Source of the DNA: Thermoproteota archaeon
GTDB taxonomy: Archaea > Thermoproteota > Thermoprotei_A > EX4484-217-1
Direction: 5' to 3'
Length of the DNA stretch: 64,000 nt
Assembly: GCA_029258915.1 (NCBI GenBank)
Contig: JAPDJU010000005.1
Coordinates: forward strand, 265,797-329,796
Shown: in pieces, positions 39,847 to 49,269 of the stretch
How positions within the stretch are numbered: the first letter of the stretch is position 1
Layout of the letters: every line of letters starts with the position of its first letter
The notes under the pieces: generated by a model
What the model was told of the DNA's origin: nothing
Database searches by the model: none
Seen by the model: only the letters and a program-made list of their open reading frames with translations
Position numbers and translations under genes: made by a program

Positions 39847-40902
39847 GTGAATCGGTTGACAGGACGTCGTAGAAGAGAATTCGGCGAAATCAGAAAAATA
39901 CAGGTAACCGGTGGTTCAACGTTCATTGTTTCTCTACCTAAGCATTGGGTAACGAACGCTGGACTTCATCCAGGAGATTCTATAGTAGTTTATGCGCAAA
40001 ACGATAACACTTTATTACTAATGCCATTGAAAGAAGCTTCTAAGAGGAAAGAGGTTACACTCAGCATTAAAAGCAAGGAATGGTCCATCAACAGGGCTGT
40101 AAGAATGCTTGTAGCATCATACATTGCCGGAGGCGACATAATCAAACTTGTTGTTAAAGAAGGAACAGCACCTATAGAAGACAAGAAGATTCTTAGAGAT
40201 TTCATAAGAAGATATCTTGTTGGAGCAGAAGTTGTTGAAGATATACCGGAAGGCCTTGTAATACAAGTTATAGCCAATGTTGAAGAACTTAAAATAATAA
40301 ATATCCTGCAAAGAATGCATAAACTAGTCTGGAGTATGATTAAAGACACTATAAGCGCTTTTCTTAACCTAGACAAAGACCTTGCAAGAGATGTAATAAT
40401 GAGAGACGATGAAATAGATAGATTCTACTTTCTCTTCATAAGACAGCTAAACCTGTCACTTCAAGATAGAAGAATAATGATTGATGTCGGTTTAGAAGAA
40501 CCTGCTGATGCAATAAACTTAGCCATGATAGCTAGAAATGTTGAAAGAGTTGCAGATCATACGGCGTATATATCGGATAAAATAATAAAACTAACTAAGA
40601 AACCTTATGACCCACTTAAATTAAAAATCGAAGAACTAACCAAGGCTGTAATAGAAGTTTTTAATGAAGCTATGAATGCTCTGTATAGTATGAATGATAA
40701 TATGGCTTTAAGGGCAATAGAACGAGCAATGAAATATATGAAATTAGAAGAGGAAATAGAAAAAATAGTTTCTTCAGTAAGCACTGTTGATGTTGATATG
40801 CCCTTCTTAAGACTAATAATTGAACGTTTGCAAGGAATGCTTGTAGACGCTGAGGATATAGCTGAACATACCATGGATATGATAGCTATTAGAAAAAGAT
40901 AG
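39847..40902 (+). CDS. PhoU-family phosphate-uptake regulator with an N-terminal AbrB/SpoVT/MazE-type DNA-binding domain.
   Basis: N-terminal QVTGGSTFIVSLPKHWV (AbrB swapped hairpin), followed by two PhoU-like helical repeats. Confidence 0.75.
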   Translation: MNRLTGRRRREFGEIRKIQVTGGSTFIVSLPKHWVTNAGLHPGDSIVVYAQNDNTLLLMPLKEASKRKEVTLSIKSKEWSINRAVRMLVASYIAGGDIIKLVVKEGTAPIEDKKILRDFIRRYLVGAEVVEDIPEGLVIQVIANVEELKIINILQRMHKLVWSMIKDTISAFLNLDKDLARDVIMRDDEIDRFYFLFIRQLNLSLQDRRIMIDVGLEEPADAINLAMIARNVERVADHTAYISDKIIKLTKKPYDPLKLKIEELTKAVIEVFNEAMNALYSMNDNMALRAIERAMKYMKLEEEIEKIVSSVSTVDVDMPFLRLIIERLQGMLVDAEDIAEHTMDMIAIRKR

Positions 40903-40931
40903 AAAATTTACTTTAGTTAATAATTGAGCAA

Positions 40932-41468
40932 CTACTTTAGCTTATAGCCTATTTTCCTAAGGAAAACTCTTCTCTCCCTTATCTTCTCTTCCGTTTCAAT
41001 ACCTACAGGCTTATATCCATCTATGACGCCTAAAAGTCCTCGTCCTTGTTCAGTCTCTATAACTACAGCTTGAATAGGATTTGCTGTAGCAGCAAAAATT
41101 CTGGTGACTTCTGGAACATTTTTTAAAGCGTTAAGAACATTTATTGGCCAACCGTCCTTTAAATATATAATGAAAACATGGCCGGCTCCTATCTTTAGGC
41201 ATGTCTCAGCAGCTAGCTTCCTTAATTCTTCATCGTTACCTTCATATCTTACTAATCTATCACCGCTTGCTTCGCAAAAGCCTAAGCCAAATTTTATTGA
41301 AGGACAGCTATTAACTATTGCTTCGTATATGTCTTCAGTAGATTTTATGAAGTGGCTTTGACCTATAATTATATTCACTCCCTTTGGAAGAGGCAGTTGA
41401 ACGATTTCTACTTTAAATTTTTCACCCACAATAATTCCCCATAATAATTTGAAGTTTAGGAAATCCAT
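40932..41468 (-). CDS. Conserved hypothetical protein of 178 aa. It may belong to the archaeal family annotated as adenosine-specific kinase.
   Basis: ORF with a conserved-looking core (GQSHFIKSTEDIYEAI). The family assignment comes from memory only. Confidence 0.35.
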   Translation of the reverse strand: MDFLNFKLLWGIIVGEKFKVEIVQLPLPKGVNIIIGQSHFIKSTEDIYEAIVNSCPSIKFGLGFCEASGDRLVRYEGNDEELRKLAAETCLKIGAGHVFIIYLKDGWPINVLNALKNVPEVTRIFAATANPIQAVVIETEQGRGLLGVIDGYKPVGIETEEKIRERRVFLRKIGYKLK

Positions 41469-41521
41469 AAATATGTCTCTTCATACTTAAAATAAATGCA
41501 AAAGTAGCGTGGAGAATATTT

Positions 41522-42901
41522 ATGGAATATGGAGTATTATATCCTCCCAGTATAGACCAGTGGTACCTGCTCGTTAAGATACTCATTAGTTTTCTTGCTG
41601 GAGCACTTATCGGTTTGGAAAGAGAAAAAGCTAAGACCTCGGCTCTTAAAGGAGAGGGCGAATCAGGGCTTCCGCCAGGTGTAAGAAGTTTCGGCTTCAT
41701 AAGTCTGCTAGGTTTGTTCTCAATAGTTATACCTCAAATTGTAGGTCAGAGTGTAGGCTTAATTGAATTCGTTAGAATATTACCTATAGCAATAACAATA
41801 CTTACAGTTTCAATAATAGTTCTCTATAGTGCATATAGATTACTGGTGGTTAAAGAGGCTGGTATAACAACACCTTTAGCATTAAGCTTAACTTTTGCCG
41901 TAGGTATATTGATAGGCTTAGACAGGCTTATTGAGGCAATAGCTACATCGGTTTTCGTAACGTTTATGTTAGCTATCAAGCTAAGAATAGAGGCTTTAAT
42001 CAGATTTATAACTTATGAAGAACTATTATCAATGCTTGAAATAGGTATAATCGTTTTCCTTTTAGGACCATTTTTAGCCGTTGACGTTTATGACCCGGTA
42101 CTTCATGTAATTAACTTCAAGGTTCTTTACATATTTTTTGTAGTCATTCTTGTGTTCTCTCTTCTTGGATACTTTCTAGTGAAAATTAAAGGACCTAAAG
42201 CTATAGAGTATTTTTCCTTTTTCGGAGGACTTGTACATAGTGAAGCAGCAGTTGTAAGTGTAATTAAATTAAGAAAGCATTTGAGAATTCCTAACCCTAT
42301 TGTCTCAGGAAGTATAGTAATAGCTTCTACAGCTATGATCTTTAGAAACATTATGTTAACATTAGTTATGCTTATAGTTACCGTAGGCCATTTGGTTTTA
42401 GGCGAAATTCTGTTCATGGTTTTTGCTATAGCATTTCTAATATCTGCTCTAGAAGGATATTTTATGGTTAAGCTTGCCTTCGCAACACCAATACCTGTAT
42501 CTGAGGAAAAGATTAAAGGTATGGAAATAGCTAAACCAATAAGTTACTCCATAGCCTTAAAAGCTCTACTAATTTTTGCAGCAATGCTAATTGTAGTAAC
42601 TTATACGACCTTCGCTTTCGGTAAACACGGTGTAATAGTATCATCTGTATTTGGAGGTTTAGTGAGCGCAGAAGCGTTGATATTTGCAGTGTTTTCTCTT
42701 CTTTCAGCAAAGAAAATAGCTGTAAATACTGCCCTAGCAGCAGCCCTTCTAGCCACAGGTTCAGCAATATTGAATAAAATATTCTTTGCGAAAGCAGCAG
42801 GAGCTGAAAGCAATATTTTAAAACAAATAATATGGCAACTAATAATACTATCATTACCTGTTGAAATAGCTGGAATATACATAGCATTCATTGCAGGGTA
42901 A
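41522..42901 (+). CDS. MgtC/SapB-like N-terminal domain plus a DUF4010-like polytopic membrane protein.
   Basis: LAGALIGLEREK motif (MgtC family), then about 10 transmembrane segments. Confidence 0.55.
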   Translation: MEYGVLYPPSIDQWYLLVKILISFLAGALIGLEREKAKTSALKGEGESGLPPGVRSFGFISLLGLFSIVIPQIVGQSVGLIEFVRILPIAITILTVSIIVLYSAYRLLVVKEAGITTPLALSLTFAVGILIGLDRLIEAIATSVFVTFMLAIKLRIEALIRFITYEELLSMLEIGIIVFLLGPFLAVDVYDPVLHVINFKVLYIFFVVILVFSLLGYFLVKIKGPKAIEYFSFFGGLVHSEAAVVSVIKLRKHLRIPNPIVSGSIVIASTAMIFRNIMLTLVMLIVTVGHLVLGEILFMVFAIAFLISALEGYFMVKLAFATPIPVSEEKIKGMEIAKPISYSIALKALLIFAAMLIVVTYTTFAFGKHGVIVSSVFGGLVSAEALIFAVFSLLSAKKIAVNTALAAALLATGSAILNKIFFAKAAGAESNILKQIIWQLIILSLPVEIAGIYIAFIAG

Positions 42902-43080
42902 AAGCTGCAGTTAATTTCATCTTTACAACAGCCGCGAAATTGGCATGCATATCATCCATAAACTTTTTATTCTTATTATAGCAAGCTCTTAAATATTTTG
43001 ATGCCTATATTATGATAAAGAGCAAGATTATAATGAATTGATCTCTATAAAAAACCCTTTAATTGTAATTGAAGGTCTTA

Positions 43081-43112
43081 ATAAACTTTACCAATATATT
43101 GGTAAAGTTTAT
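43081..43112. promoter_or_regulatory. Perfect 32-bp palindrome (16-bp arms) about 90 bp upstream of the ssb start.
   Basis: ataaactttaccaatat|atattggtaaagtttat, verified base by base. Confidence 0.5.
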
Positions 43113-43142
43113 ATAAGCCGGTCTAGAAAGGGCACTTGTCCC

Positions 43143-43167
43143 GCAAGAAACATGTGCTGTTTCTTGC
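43143..43167. promoter_or_regulatory. Perfect inverted repeat (10-bp arms, 5-bp spacer) abutting the ssb BRE/TATA.
   Basis: gcaagaaaca-tgtgc-tgtttcttgc. The TATA-like gtaaaataaag lies at about 43181-43191, with the TTG start at 43204. Confidence 0.5.
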
Positions 43168-43203
43168 TGGGATATCAAGCGTAAAATAAAGAGTGGAAAA
43201 CAT

Positions 43204-43602
43204 TTGGGTAGAGAAGTAAAAATTAAAGATCTAAAGCCCGGAATGGACAATATATCAATAAAAGTAAGAATTCTTGAAGCAGGTAAACCTAAAGTTATTC
43301 AAACAAGAAAAGGTTCAAGGATAATATCAGAAGCCCTTGTTGGTGACGAAACAGGAAGAACAAGAATGACATTATGGGGTAAGAAAGCAGGAAGCATAAA
43401 AGCGGGAGAAGTAATAAGGCTTAGAAAAGCATTCGTAACAGTGTTTAGAGGAGTAGCTCAATTAAACATAGGTAAGCAAGGAGAAATAGTAAAGCTTGAT
43501 GACAGCGAAGTTGTAGCTTCGAACAAAATCCCAGAAACATCACCTAAAGTAGAATCTCATAGAAGACCATACAGAAGAACTTCGTTCAGAAAATCATGGT
43601 AA
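43204..43602 (+). CDS. ssb: Crenarchaeal single-stranded DNA-binding protein (single OB fold plus flexible C-terminal tail).
   Basis: Collinear with Sulfolobus SSB (..KDLKPGMDNISIKVRILEA..ISEALVGDETGRTRMTLWGKKAGSIK..). TTG start about 12 nt downstream of the TATA box, so probably leaderless. Confidence 0.85.
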   Translation: MGREVKIKDLKPGMDNISIKVRILEAGKPKVIQTRKGSRIISEALVGDETGRTRMTLWGKKAGSIKAGEVIRLRKAFVTVFRGVAQLNIGKQGEIVKLDDSEVVASNKIPETSPKVESHRRPYRRTSFRKSW

Positions 43603-43623
43603 AGAAATATGAGGGAATAATTT

Positions 43624-43893
43624 ATGGAAAAAGAGATATTAGACAAAAAACCGATAAGAAAAGGTACACCAATAGGAAAAAGCGACGAAGGCTATGTTGT
43701 TAGCCTAGATGAAAATCACGCTTACACGTTAAATCCGGCAGCATTTTACATATGGCTTCTATGTAGCGGAGAATTAACAGTAAATGAGATCGTAGATAAA
43801 ATCGCAGAAGCCACAGGCATCAAGAGAACAGAACTCGAAGAACCCGTTAACTACATTGTAAAAGAGTTACTAAGAGTAAAACTCATAGAGTAA
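43624..43893 (+). CDS. PqqD-like small protein, a candidate RiPP recognition element or peptide chaperone.
   Basis: ..HAYTLNPAAFYIWLLCSGELTVNEIVDKIAE.. matches the PqqD (PF05402) pattern. Confidence 0.5.
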   Translation: MEKEILDKKPIRKGTPIGKSDEGYVVSLDENHAYTLNPAAFYIWLLCSGELTVNEIVDKIAEATGIKRTELEEPVNYIVKELLRVKLIE

Positions 43894-44030
43894 AAACCTA
43901 TACGTAACAAAAACTTAACACAACATTTTTTCTTTATATTTTCCTTAGCTCGTTTCGAGATGTCCCTAGCAGTTATATAAAATCTTTAACCTAATATATT
44001 TCTGACCTTGTAGATAATGTTGTGTAGTTA

Positions 44031-44687
44031 ATGAGGGAAGTTTTCATGAGGAAACCTATTAGGCTAGGTATTCCGGTTTTAGACGAATATGTAGGTAGTT
44101 TAAAACCTGGAACAACAATACTTATCGAAGGTCTACCAGAAACTTATCCCTACCTATTACTTCACAGAATAGGGTATCAAGTTTCTAGAGCAGGAGTAAA
44201 AGTAACGTACATAATTTGGGGAGATAATGCAGAAGATTATAGAGAGGCAGCAATTAATGTAGGACTAGATGTACCAACTCTTGAAAGAGAACATCTATGG
44301 AAATATTTTTCGATAATGTCTTTAGATGAGTTATGGAATATTATGTTAAAGGAAGCAGCTAAATCGTTGATCCTAATAGATGCCACATCAATATCCTTGG
44401 AAATACCTCTAAAGGAAGCCATGGAATTAAGGAACATGGCTAAAAAGTGGGGTACAATCACAGTTATATCTATAACACCTCCTGTAATAGGAGAGAAAAC
44501 GCTTCTCTTACTGGAGAAACTGTTTGATATAATATTAGAATTACAAGTGAAGATAATTAGAGATGAAGTAAGGTATCTAATGAATATTAAGAAACACAAG
44601 AAAATGCCTAAAAAAGGTCTTATAATAACCTACTCTATAGGGGCACAAGGGATTAAGGTGGAACAATTAAGAAAAATACCGTACTAA
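44031..44687 (+). CDS. KaiC/RecA-fold FlaH-like protein with a degenerate Walker A.
   Basis: GIPVLDEYVGSLKPGTTILIEGLPETYPY aligns to the KaiC/FlaH pattern G..LD..LGGG.P.G...LI.G.PGTGKT, with the P-loop residues replaced. Confidence 0.55.
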   Translation: MREVFMRKPIRLGIPVLDEYVGSLKPGTTILIEGLPETYPYLLLHRIGYQVSRAGVKVTYIIWGDNAEDYREAAINVGLDVPTLEREHLWKYFSIMSLDELWNIMLKEAAKSLILIDATSISLEIPLKEAMELRNMAKKWGTITVISITPPVIGEKTLLLLEKLFDIILELQVKIIRDEVRYLMNIKKHKKMPKKGLIITYSIGAQGIKVEQLRKIPY

Positions 44688-44806
44688 AACGCAACAAAGC
44701 ATCTGAATAAGAAGTCAAGGAGCATGTATGACAGCAAAATACACTTAAAGCGAACAATCTTAAATATACTTAGAATACTAGAATAAGAATATTTTAGGGA
44801 AACTGA

Positions 44807-46405
44807 ATGGATATTTTAGAGAAAATAAGAAGGAAACTAAACAATAATGTAAATCCTGGTTTGGCGAAGGGAAAAGTTGCAGCAAAAACTGTAGCCATCA
44901 AAGCAAAAAAGGAACTGCCTAAAAAAAGAACCTTGGTTAAAAATATATATGCTGTAAATCCGCCATACGCTTATGTAATGATATATATTGATGAAAAAGG
45001 TATCTTACGATACAATGTATTAGAACCCTATCTTGTACCCGAAGAGAAAATATACTATAAAGAGATGAAGGAGCTAATACTTGAAGAAGCAAAGATACCT
45101 ATTGCAGCATTAAGAGATTATAGAATGGCCTCAGAGGTTCTCTCTAAAACAATAGATGAAATAGTAAGGAGGTATAGAATAAGACTTCAAAAGGAATCTA
45201 TAGACAAAATTAAGTATTATATAGTGAGAGACCTTGTAGGTTACGGTAAAATAGATCCTATGTATAGAGATCCTTATGTTGAAGATATAGTTTGTGATGG
45301 CCATAATATACATGTTTATGTTTACCATAGAGACTTTGAGTGGATGCCAACAAATGTAATTTTTGAAAGCCCTGATGAGCTTGAAAGCTTTATTAGGAAA
45401 TTAGCTTTTAGAGCAGGTCAAAGCATTACCTATGCCAGGCCTATAGTTGAAGGACCATTACCTCCTGAAGGTTTTAGAGTGCATTTAACATTAAAAGAGG
45501 TATCTCGTAGAGGAAGCACTTTTACCATTAGAAAATATAGCATAGAGCCTTACACTGTAATTAATCTGTTAAAGTTTAATACATTAAGTACAGACACCGC
45601 TGCCTACCTATGGTTATTAATAGATAACGTAATGAGCTTCATGGTTCTCGGCCCCATGGCCTCCGGTAAAACAACATTACTTAACGCTGTAGCTATGATG
45701 ATTAGGCCTGAAGCAAAAATAGTTACCATAGAGGAAACGCCCGAACTAAGGCTCCCTCATGAAAATTGGGTTCCCATGACTGTAAGGCCTAGTTTCGAAC
45801 CTGGAGTTGAAGATATAACACTTTTTGAGCTTTTAAAGAGCGCATTAAGGCAAAGACCTGAATACATTATTGTAGGTGAAATTAGAGGTAAAGAAGCATA
45901 TACGTTTTTCCAAGCAATGGCAGTAGGGCATGGAGGATTAACGACTATACATGGTGAAAGCGTTCAAGCAGTAATTTCAAGGTTAGAGAACGAGCCCATG
46001 AATATACCTAGAGTTTTAATACCTTTAGTTAAAGCATTCGTGCATATGGGTAGGGTTAAAGTTAGAGGAGAAATTATGAGAAGAGTATTAAGAGTTGTTG
46101 AAACAGTAGGCATAGACACAGCTACAAAGGAAGTTATATTAAACGAAGTTTACGTATGGGACCCCGTAACAGATACATGGAAATTCTCTGGGAGAAGCTA
46201 CGCTTTCGAATACATAGCTACAAACAGAGGTTTACCTTTAAGTGAAATATATAAAGACTTTGAAAGAAGGAGAATAGTGTTAGAATGGATGAAACAGAAG
46301 AACATGGTTAAATTCTCCGAAGTAGCCGATATACTGAGAAAATACTATCAAGACCCTGAAGAAACCTATAGACATGCAGAATCCGAATTAAGGAGGATAG
46401 CGTAA
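44807..46405 (+). CDS. FlaI/TadA/VirB11-family secretion ATPase of a type-IV-filament system.
   Basis: Walker A (GPMASGKTT), Asp box, Walker B (IIVGEIRG), His box (TIHGES). Confidence 0.85.
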   Translation: MDILEKIRRKLNNNVNPGLAKGKVAAKTVAIKAKKELPKKRTLVKNIYAVNPPYAYVMIYIDEKGILRYNVLEPYLVPEEKIYYKEMKELILEEAKIPIAALRDYRMASEVLSKTIDEIVRRYRIRLQKESIDKIKYYIVRDLVGYGKIDPMYRDPYVEDIVCDGHNIHVYVYHRDFEWMPTNVIFESPDELESFIRKLAFRAGQSITYARPIVEGPLPPEGFRVHLTLKEVSRRGSTFTIRKYSIEPYTVINLLKFNTLSTDTAAYLWLLIDNVMSFMVLGPMASGKTTLLNAVAMMIRPEAKIVTIEETPELRLPHENWVPMTVRPSFEPGVEDITLFELLKSALRQRPEYIIVGEIRGKEAYTFFQAMAVGHGGLTTIHGESVQAVISRLENEPMNIPRVLIPLVKAFVHMGRVKVRGEIMRRVLRVVETVGIDTATKEVILNEVYVWDPVTDTWKFSGRSYAFEYIATNRGLPLSEIYKDFERRRIVLEWMKQKNMVKFSEVADILRKYYQDPEETYRHAESELRRIA

Positions 46406-46406
46406 G

Positions 46407-47291
46407 TTGGGCATTTCGCATGTAGCATACAGAATGTTTAAAGGAAAAGGAATATACAATTTCCTCTTAAAAACCTTAAGCTGGTTAGACCCATACTTAA
46501 TGTACTCAGGTTTTAACATACCTTTACGTAGATATGTAGCTACTTTAATTTTAATTACACTAATCACTTTCTCTGCATCATTACCATTAACTTACATTTT
46601 GCATACCTTATTCTTTGAAACAAGTGTAGTATTTAATTTAGCAGCCTCAATCATACTCTCCTTAATGGTATCAGCTATAATTCTAAGTCTTTTTGTATAC
46701 ATACCTGTTTTTAAAGCTAAAAGTAGACTTGAACTCTTAGAAACAAGGCTTCCCTACATAGTTTCATACATGACCATCTTATCCTATGCAGGAAGAAATG
46801 TAGAGTCCATAATTGCTAAACTTACTGAAAAAGGGAAACTATTTGGTATAGAAGAACCAGCTACAAGAATGCTTAGAAAAATTTTTATCTTAGGCCAAGA
46901 TACGGCTAAAATGCTTATGGATGAGGCTAGAAAAAACCCTTCAATAGTTTATTCATCCCTCTTAGAAAGCTTAGCTGGAATTGTTGAAACAGGTAAGGGG
47001 TTAAGTGAATTTTTAGAATCCGAGTTTATGAATTTGCTAAGAAGTAGAGAAGCAAAAATTAAGGAAGCCATGAATTCTATGACAGTTTTGATGGAAATAT
47101 TCATCAGTCTAGTTATTGTCTTACCATTAGTCTTAACAATAATGTTATCTATTATGGCGTCTTTAGGAACTGTTGCATTACCTATAGATCCACTTTTACT
47201 TTTATTTCTAATGTATTTCATAATAGCTCCATCGATAGCTACAATGATAGTTTTAATGATAGATTCCTTAATATCAAAGATTTCGGGATAG
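46407..47291 (+). CDS. Half-size FlaJ/TadB-like (T2SS-F fold) polytopic membrane protein.
   Basis: Three or four transmembrane segments with a cytoplasmic helical domain. Immediately downstream of the ATPase gene. Confidence 0.55.
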   Translation: MGISHVAYRMFKGKGIYNFLLKTLSWLDPYLMYSGFNIPLRRYVATLILITLITFSASLPLTYILHTLFFETSVVFNLAASIILSLMVSAIILSLFVYIPVFKAKSRLELLETRLPYIVSYMTILSYAGRNVESIIAKLTEKGKLFGIEEPATRMLRKIFILGQDTAKMLMDEARKNPSIVYSSLLESLAGIVETGKGLSEFLESEFMNLLRSREAKIKEAMNSMTVLMEIFISLVIVLPLVLTIMLSIMASLGTVALPIDPLLLLFLMYFIIAPSIATMIVLMIDSLISKISG

Positions 47292-47294
47292 CAT

Positions 47295-48221
47295 ATGAGC
47301 AAGCACTTAGTAGTAAAAGTTATGAATAGAAATATCTTAACCTTGATACTGTCTGTCTTCTTAGCTACGCTCTTCTTAGTAATAAGTCTTGTAGTTTTAA
47401 AAATGGCTGATTTCACTAAAGCACTCATAATAGCTGGGCCTATACCTACATTGTTACCTTATGATATTAATTTCATAAACTTAATGGTTGCATTTGCAAT
47501 TATCTTACTTACTCCTTATCCTCTAATTAAATACTTGGAGCATAGGAGGAAGCGAAAAGTCGAATTACTAATGCCTGTTTTTCTTTACGATCTCGCAGGA
47601 CTCGTTAGAGCCGGTTATACTGTACCTAAAGCTCTTGAAATGGAAGCCGAAAAAGACCTGGGACCTTTAACAGACCTTATAAGAAAAGCAGTTACTAGAA
47701 TAACCTTAGGCGAAAGTGTTTCTAAGGCTCTAAACAAAGCATTTAAGGACCAAACCTTAATAACCAGAAGATTTATTGAAACAATAGCTGAGGCTCATGA
47801 AAGCGGAGGAAGAGCAGCCCAAGTACTTTCGGGAGCATCATCGCATGCAGCTAGGCTTGAGGCATTTGAGGAAGAAAAGAGAAGAAGTATGAAAGTTTAT
47901 GTTTCTATAATATACGTTTCAATAATAGTATTCATGGTTTCGGCTGCCTTTCTTCTATTCTTTAATACAGCACTTTATGGAACTATGAAGGAAGGCGGAG
48001 GAATATTCACCATGTTGCTTACGCCAGAGCAGTTGAGAGGGTTATTGTATTACGCTACATTACTTATATCTGCTCCTTCATGCTTTGTTATAGGTAAAAT
48101 AAGGTCAGGGACCATAGTGGAAGGCGCATTACATTTAGTTTTTATTTACATAGCGATAGCTATTTTCTATAATAGCATAGATGGCATAATTTCTATGCTT
48201 TTATCTCTTTTCTCTCTTTAA
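47295..48221 (+). CDS. Second half-size FlaJ/TadC-like membrane protein.
   Basis: Topology similar to the preceding gene. Together the pair equals one archaeal FlaJ. Confidence 0.55.
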   Translation: MSKHLVVKVMNRNILTLILSVFLATLFLVISLVVLKMADFTKALIIAGPIPTLLPYDINFINLMVAFAIILLTPYPLIKYLEHRRKRKVELLMPVFLYDLAGLVRAGYTVPKALEMEAEKDLGPLTDLIRKAVTRITLGESVSKALNKAFKDQTLITRRFIETIAEAHESGGRAAQVLSGASSHAARLEAFEEEKRRSMKVYVSIIYVSIIVFMVSAAFLLFFNTALYGTMKEGGGIFTMLLTPEQLRGLLYYATLLISAPSCFVIGKIRSGTIVEGALHLVFIYIAIAIFYNSIDGIISMLLSLFSL

Positions 48222-49203
48222 ACTTTTTAACAAGTGTGAGAATTTGATTAAGTATTTCAGTTATGGATTTACCGGAAACGAGATTAACACCTTGACTTGA
48301 GGCTACCTTTCTTATGCTCTCCGAGGAACTGTCAGTTACATAAATGTATTTAATATCTGGGAAATCCATGAACTTAGCTATATGAGCAAGAAGGTCCGTT
48401 ATTTGAAGTTCAGCTGATGCTATTGGTCTATAATCTACCCCTATTAACGATTGGTCTGCTTTAACCACAATGTCGAACCTATGATTTACGCCTGAAATAC
48501 CTTTTAAGGTAGCGTTCTTCTCTACTTGAAAACCTTTAGATGAAAGTGATAGAAGTATTAAATTTCTAATTAAAATACCTGATTTTAGCAGTTTAACGCC
48601 ATAATCCGTTGTTCTATACATGTAAACTGCTTTATACTTTGCTGTCAATATATTAAATTCCTTACCGCATTCCCTACATATGAAATGTATTTTTGGTCTA
48701 TCTGCTCTTCTACCACAGTCTATACATTCAAATATTTCACCTAAAACTCTATAGTCAACACCTTCTTCACGAAGGCTCACTTTACAGTTCGGACATATAA
48801 GCTGTTCTTCAGACTCCTTCTTAGGCTGGCGAAGAAATTTCAACTTAGTATCTACGAAACCACAGGTTACATGCTGTATTATTTCTGTCTTAATCATGTT
48901 TATTGAACCGCATGAAGGGCATTTAAACCTAGTACCTACATGGATTTTACCGCAATAAGGACATTCAATGACTCTCTCGGCTATTTTTTCCTCAACAAGC
49001 CCTAATTCTATGAGTTTCCTTATTTTCTCTTGCCACTCAGGAAACATTTTCATTTTAGGATATTCTATACCATGCTCTAACCTAATCTGAGGCGCAATTT
49101 CTCTTTCCTCAACCATTATTTCTAAAATTTTAAGTAGCGTGGGATCCCTAAGTAACGTTTCAGCAAGTACTAACTCCCTATTTTTCTCCAACACTGTGCT
49201 CAA
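48193..49203 (-). CDS. Multi-zinc-ribbon protein with an N-terminal wHTH-like region and a C-terminal restriction-endonuclease-like (Mrr_cat-like) domain.
   Basis: Four CxxC pairs (CPYCG/CPSCG/CPNC/CIDCG/CREC) and a C-terminal ..GFQVEKNATLKGISGVNHRFDIVVKAD.. region. Confidence 0.45.
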   Translation of the reverse strand: MSTVLEKNRELVLAETLLRDPTLLKILEIMVEEREIAPQIRLEHGIEYPKMKMFPEWQEKIRKLIELGLVEEKIAERVIECPYCGKIHVGTRFKCPSCGSINMIKTEIIQHVTCGFVDTKLKFLRQPKKESEEQLICPNCKVSLREEGVDYRVLGEIFECIDCGRRADRPKIHFICRECGKEFNILTAKYKAVYMYRTTDYGVKLLKSGILIRNLILLSLSSKGFQVEKNATLKGISGVNHRFDIVVKADQSLIGVDYRPIASAELQITDLLAHIAKFMDFPDIKYIYVTDSSSESIRKVASSQGVNLVSGKSITEILNQILTLVKKFKERKEIKA

Positions 49204-49269
49204 AAACAGTGCACCAGACTGTTCGATAGTATTCCAATCTACTATATAGAAATATAGCTTTATTGCTTT

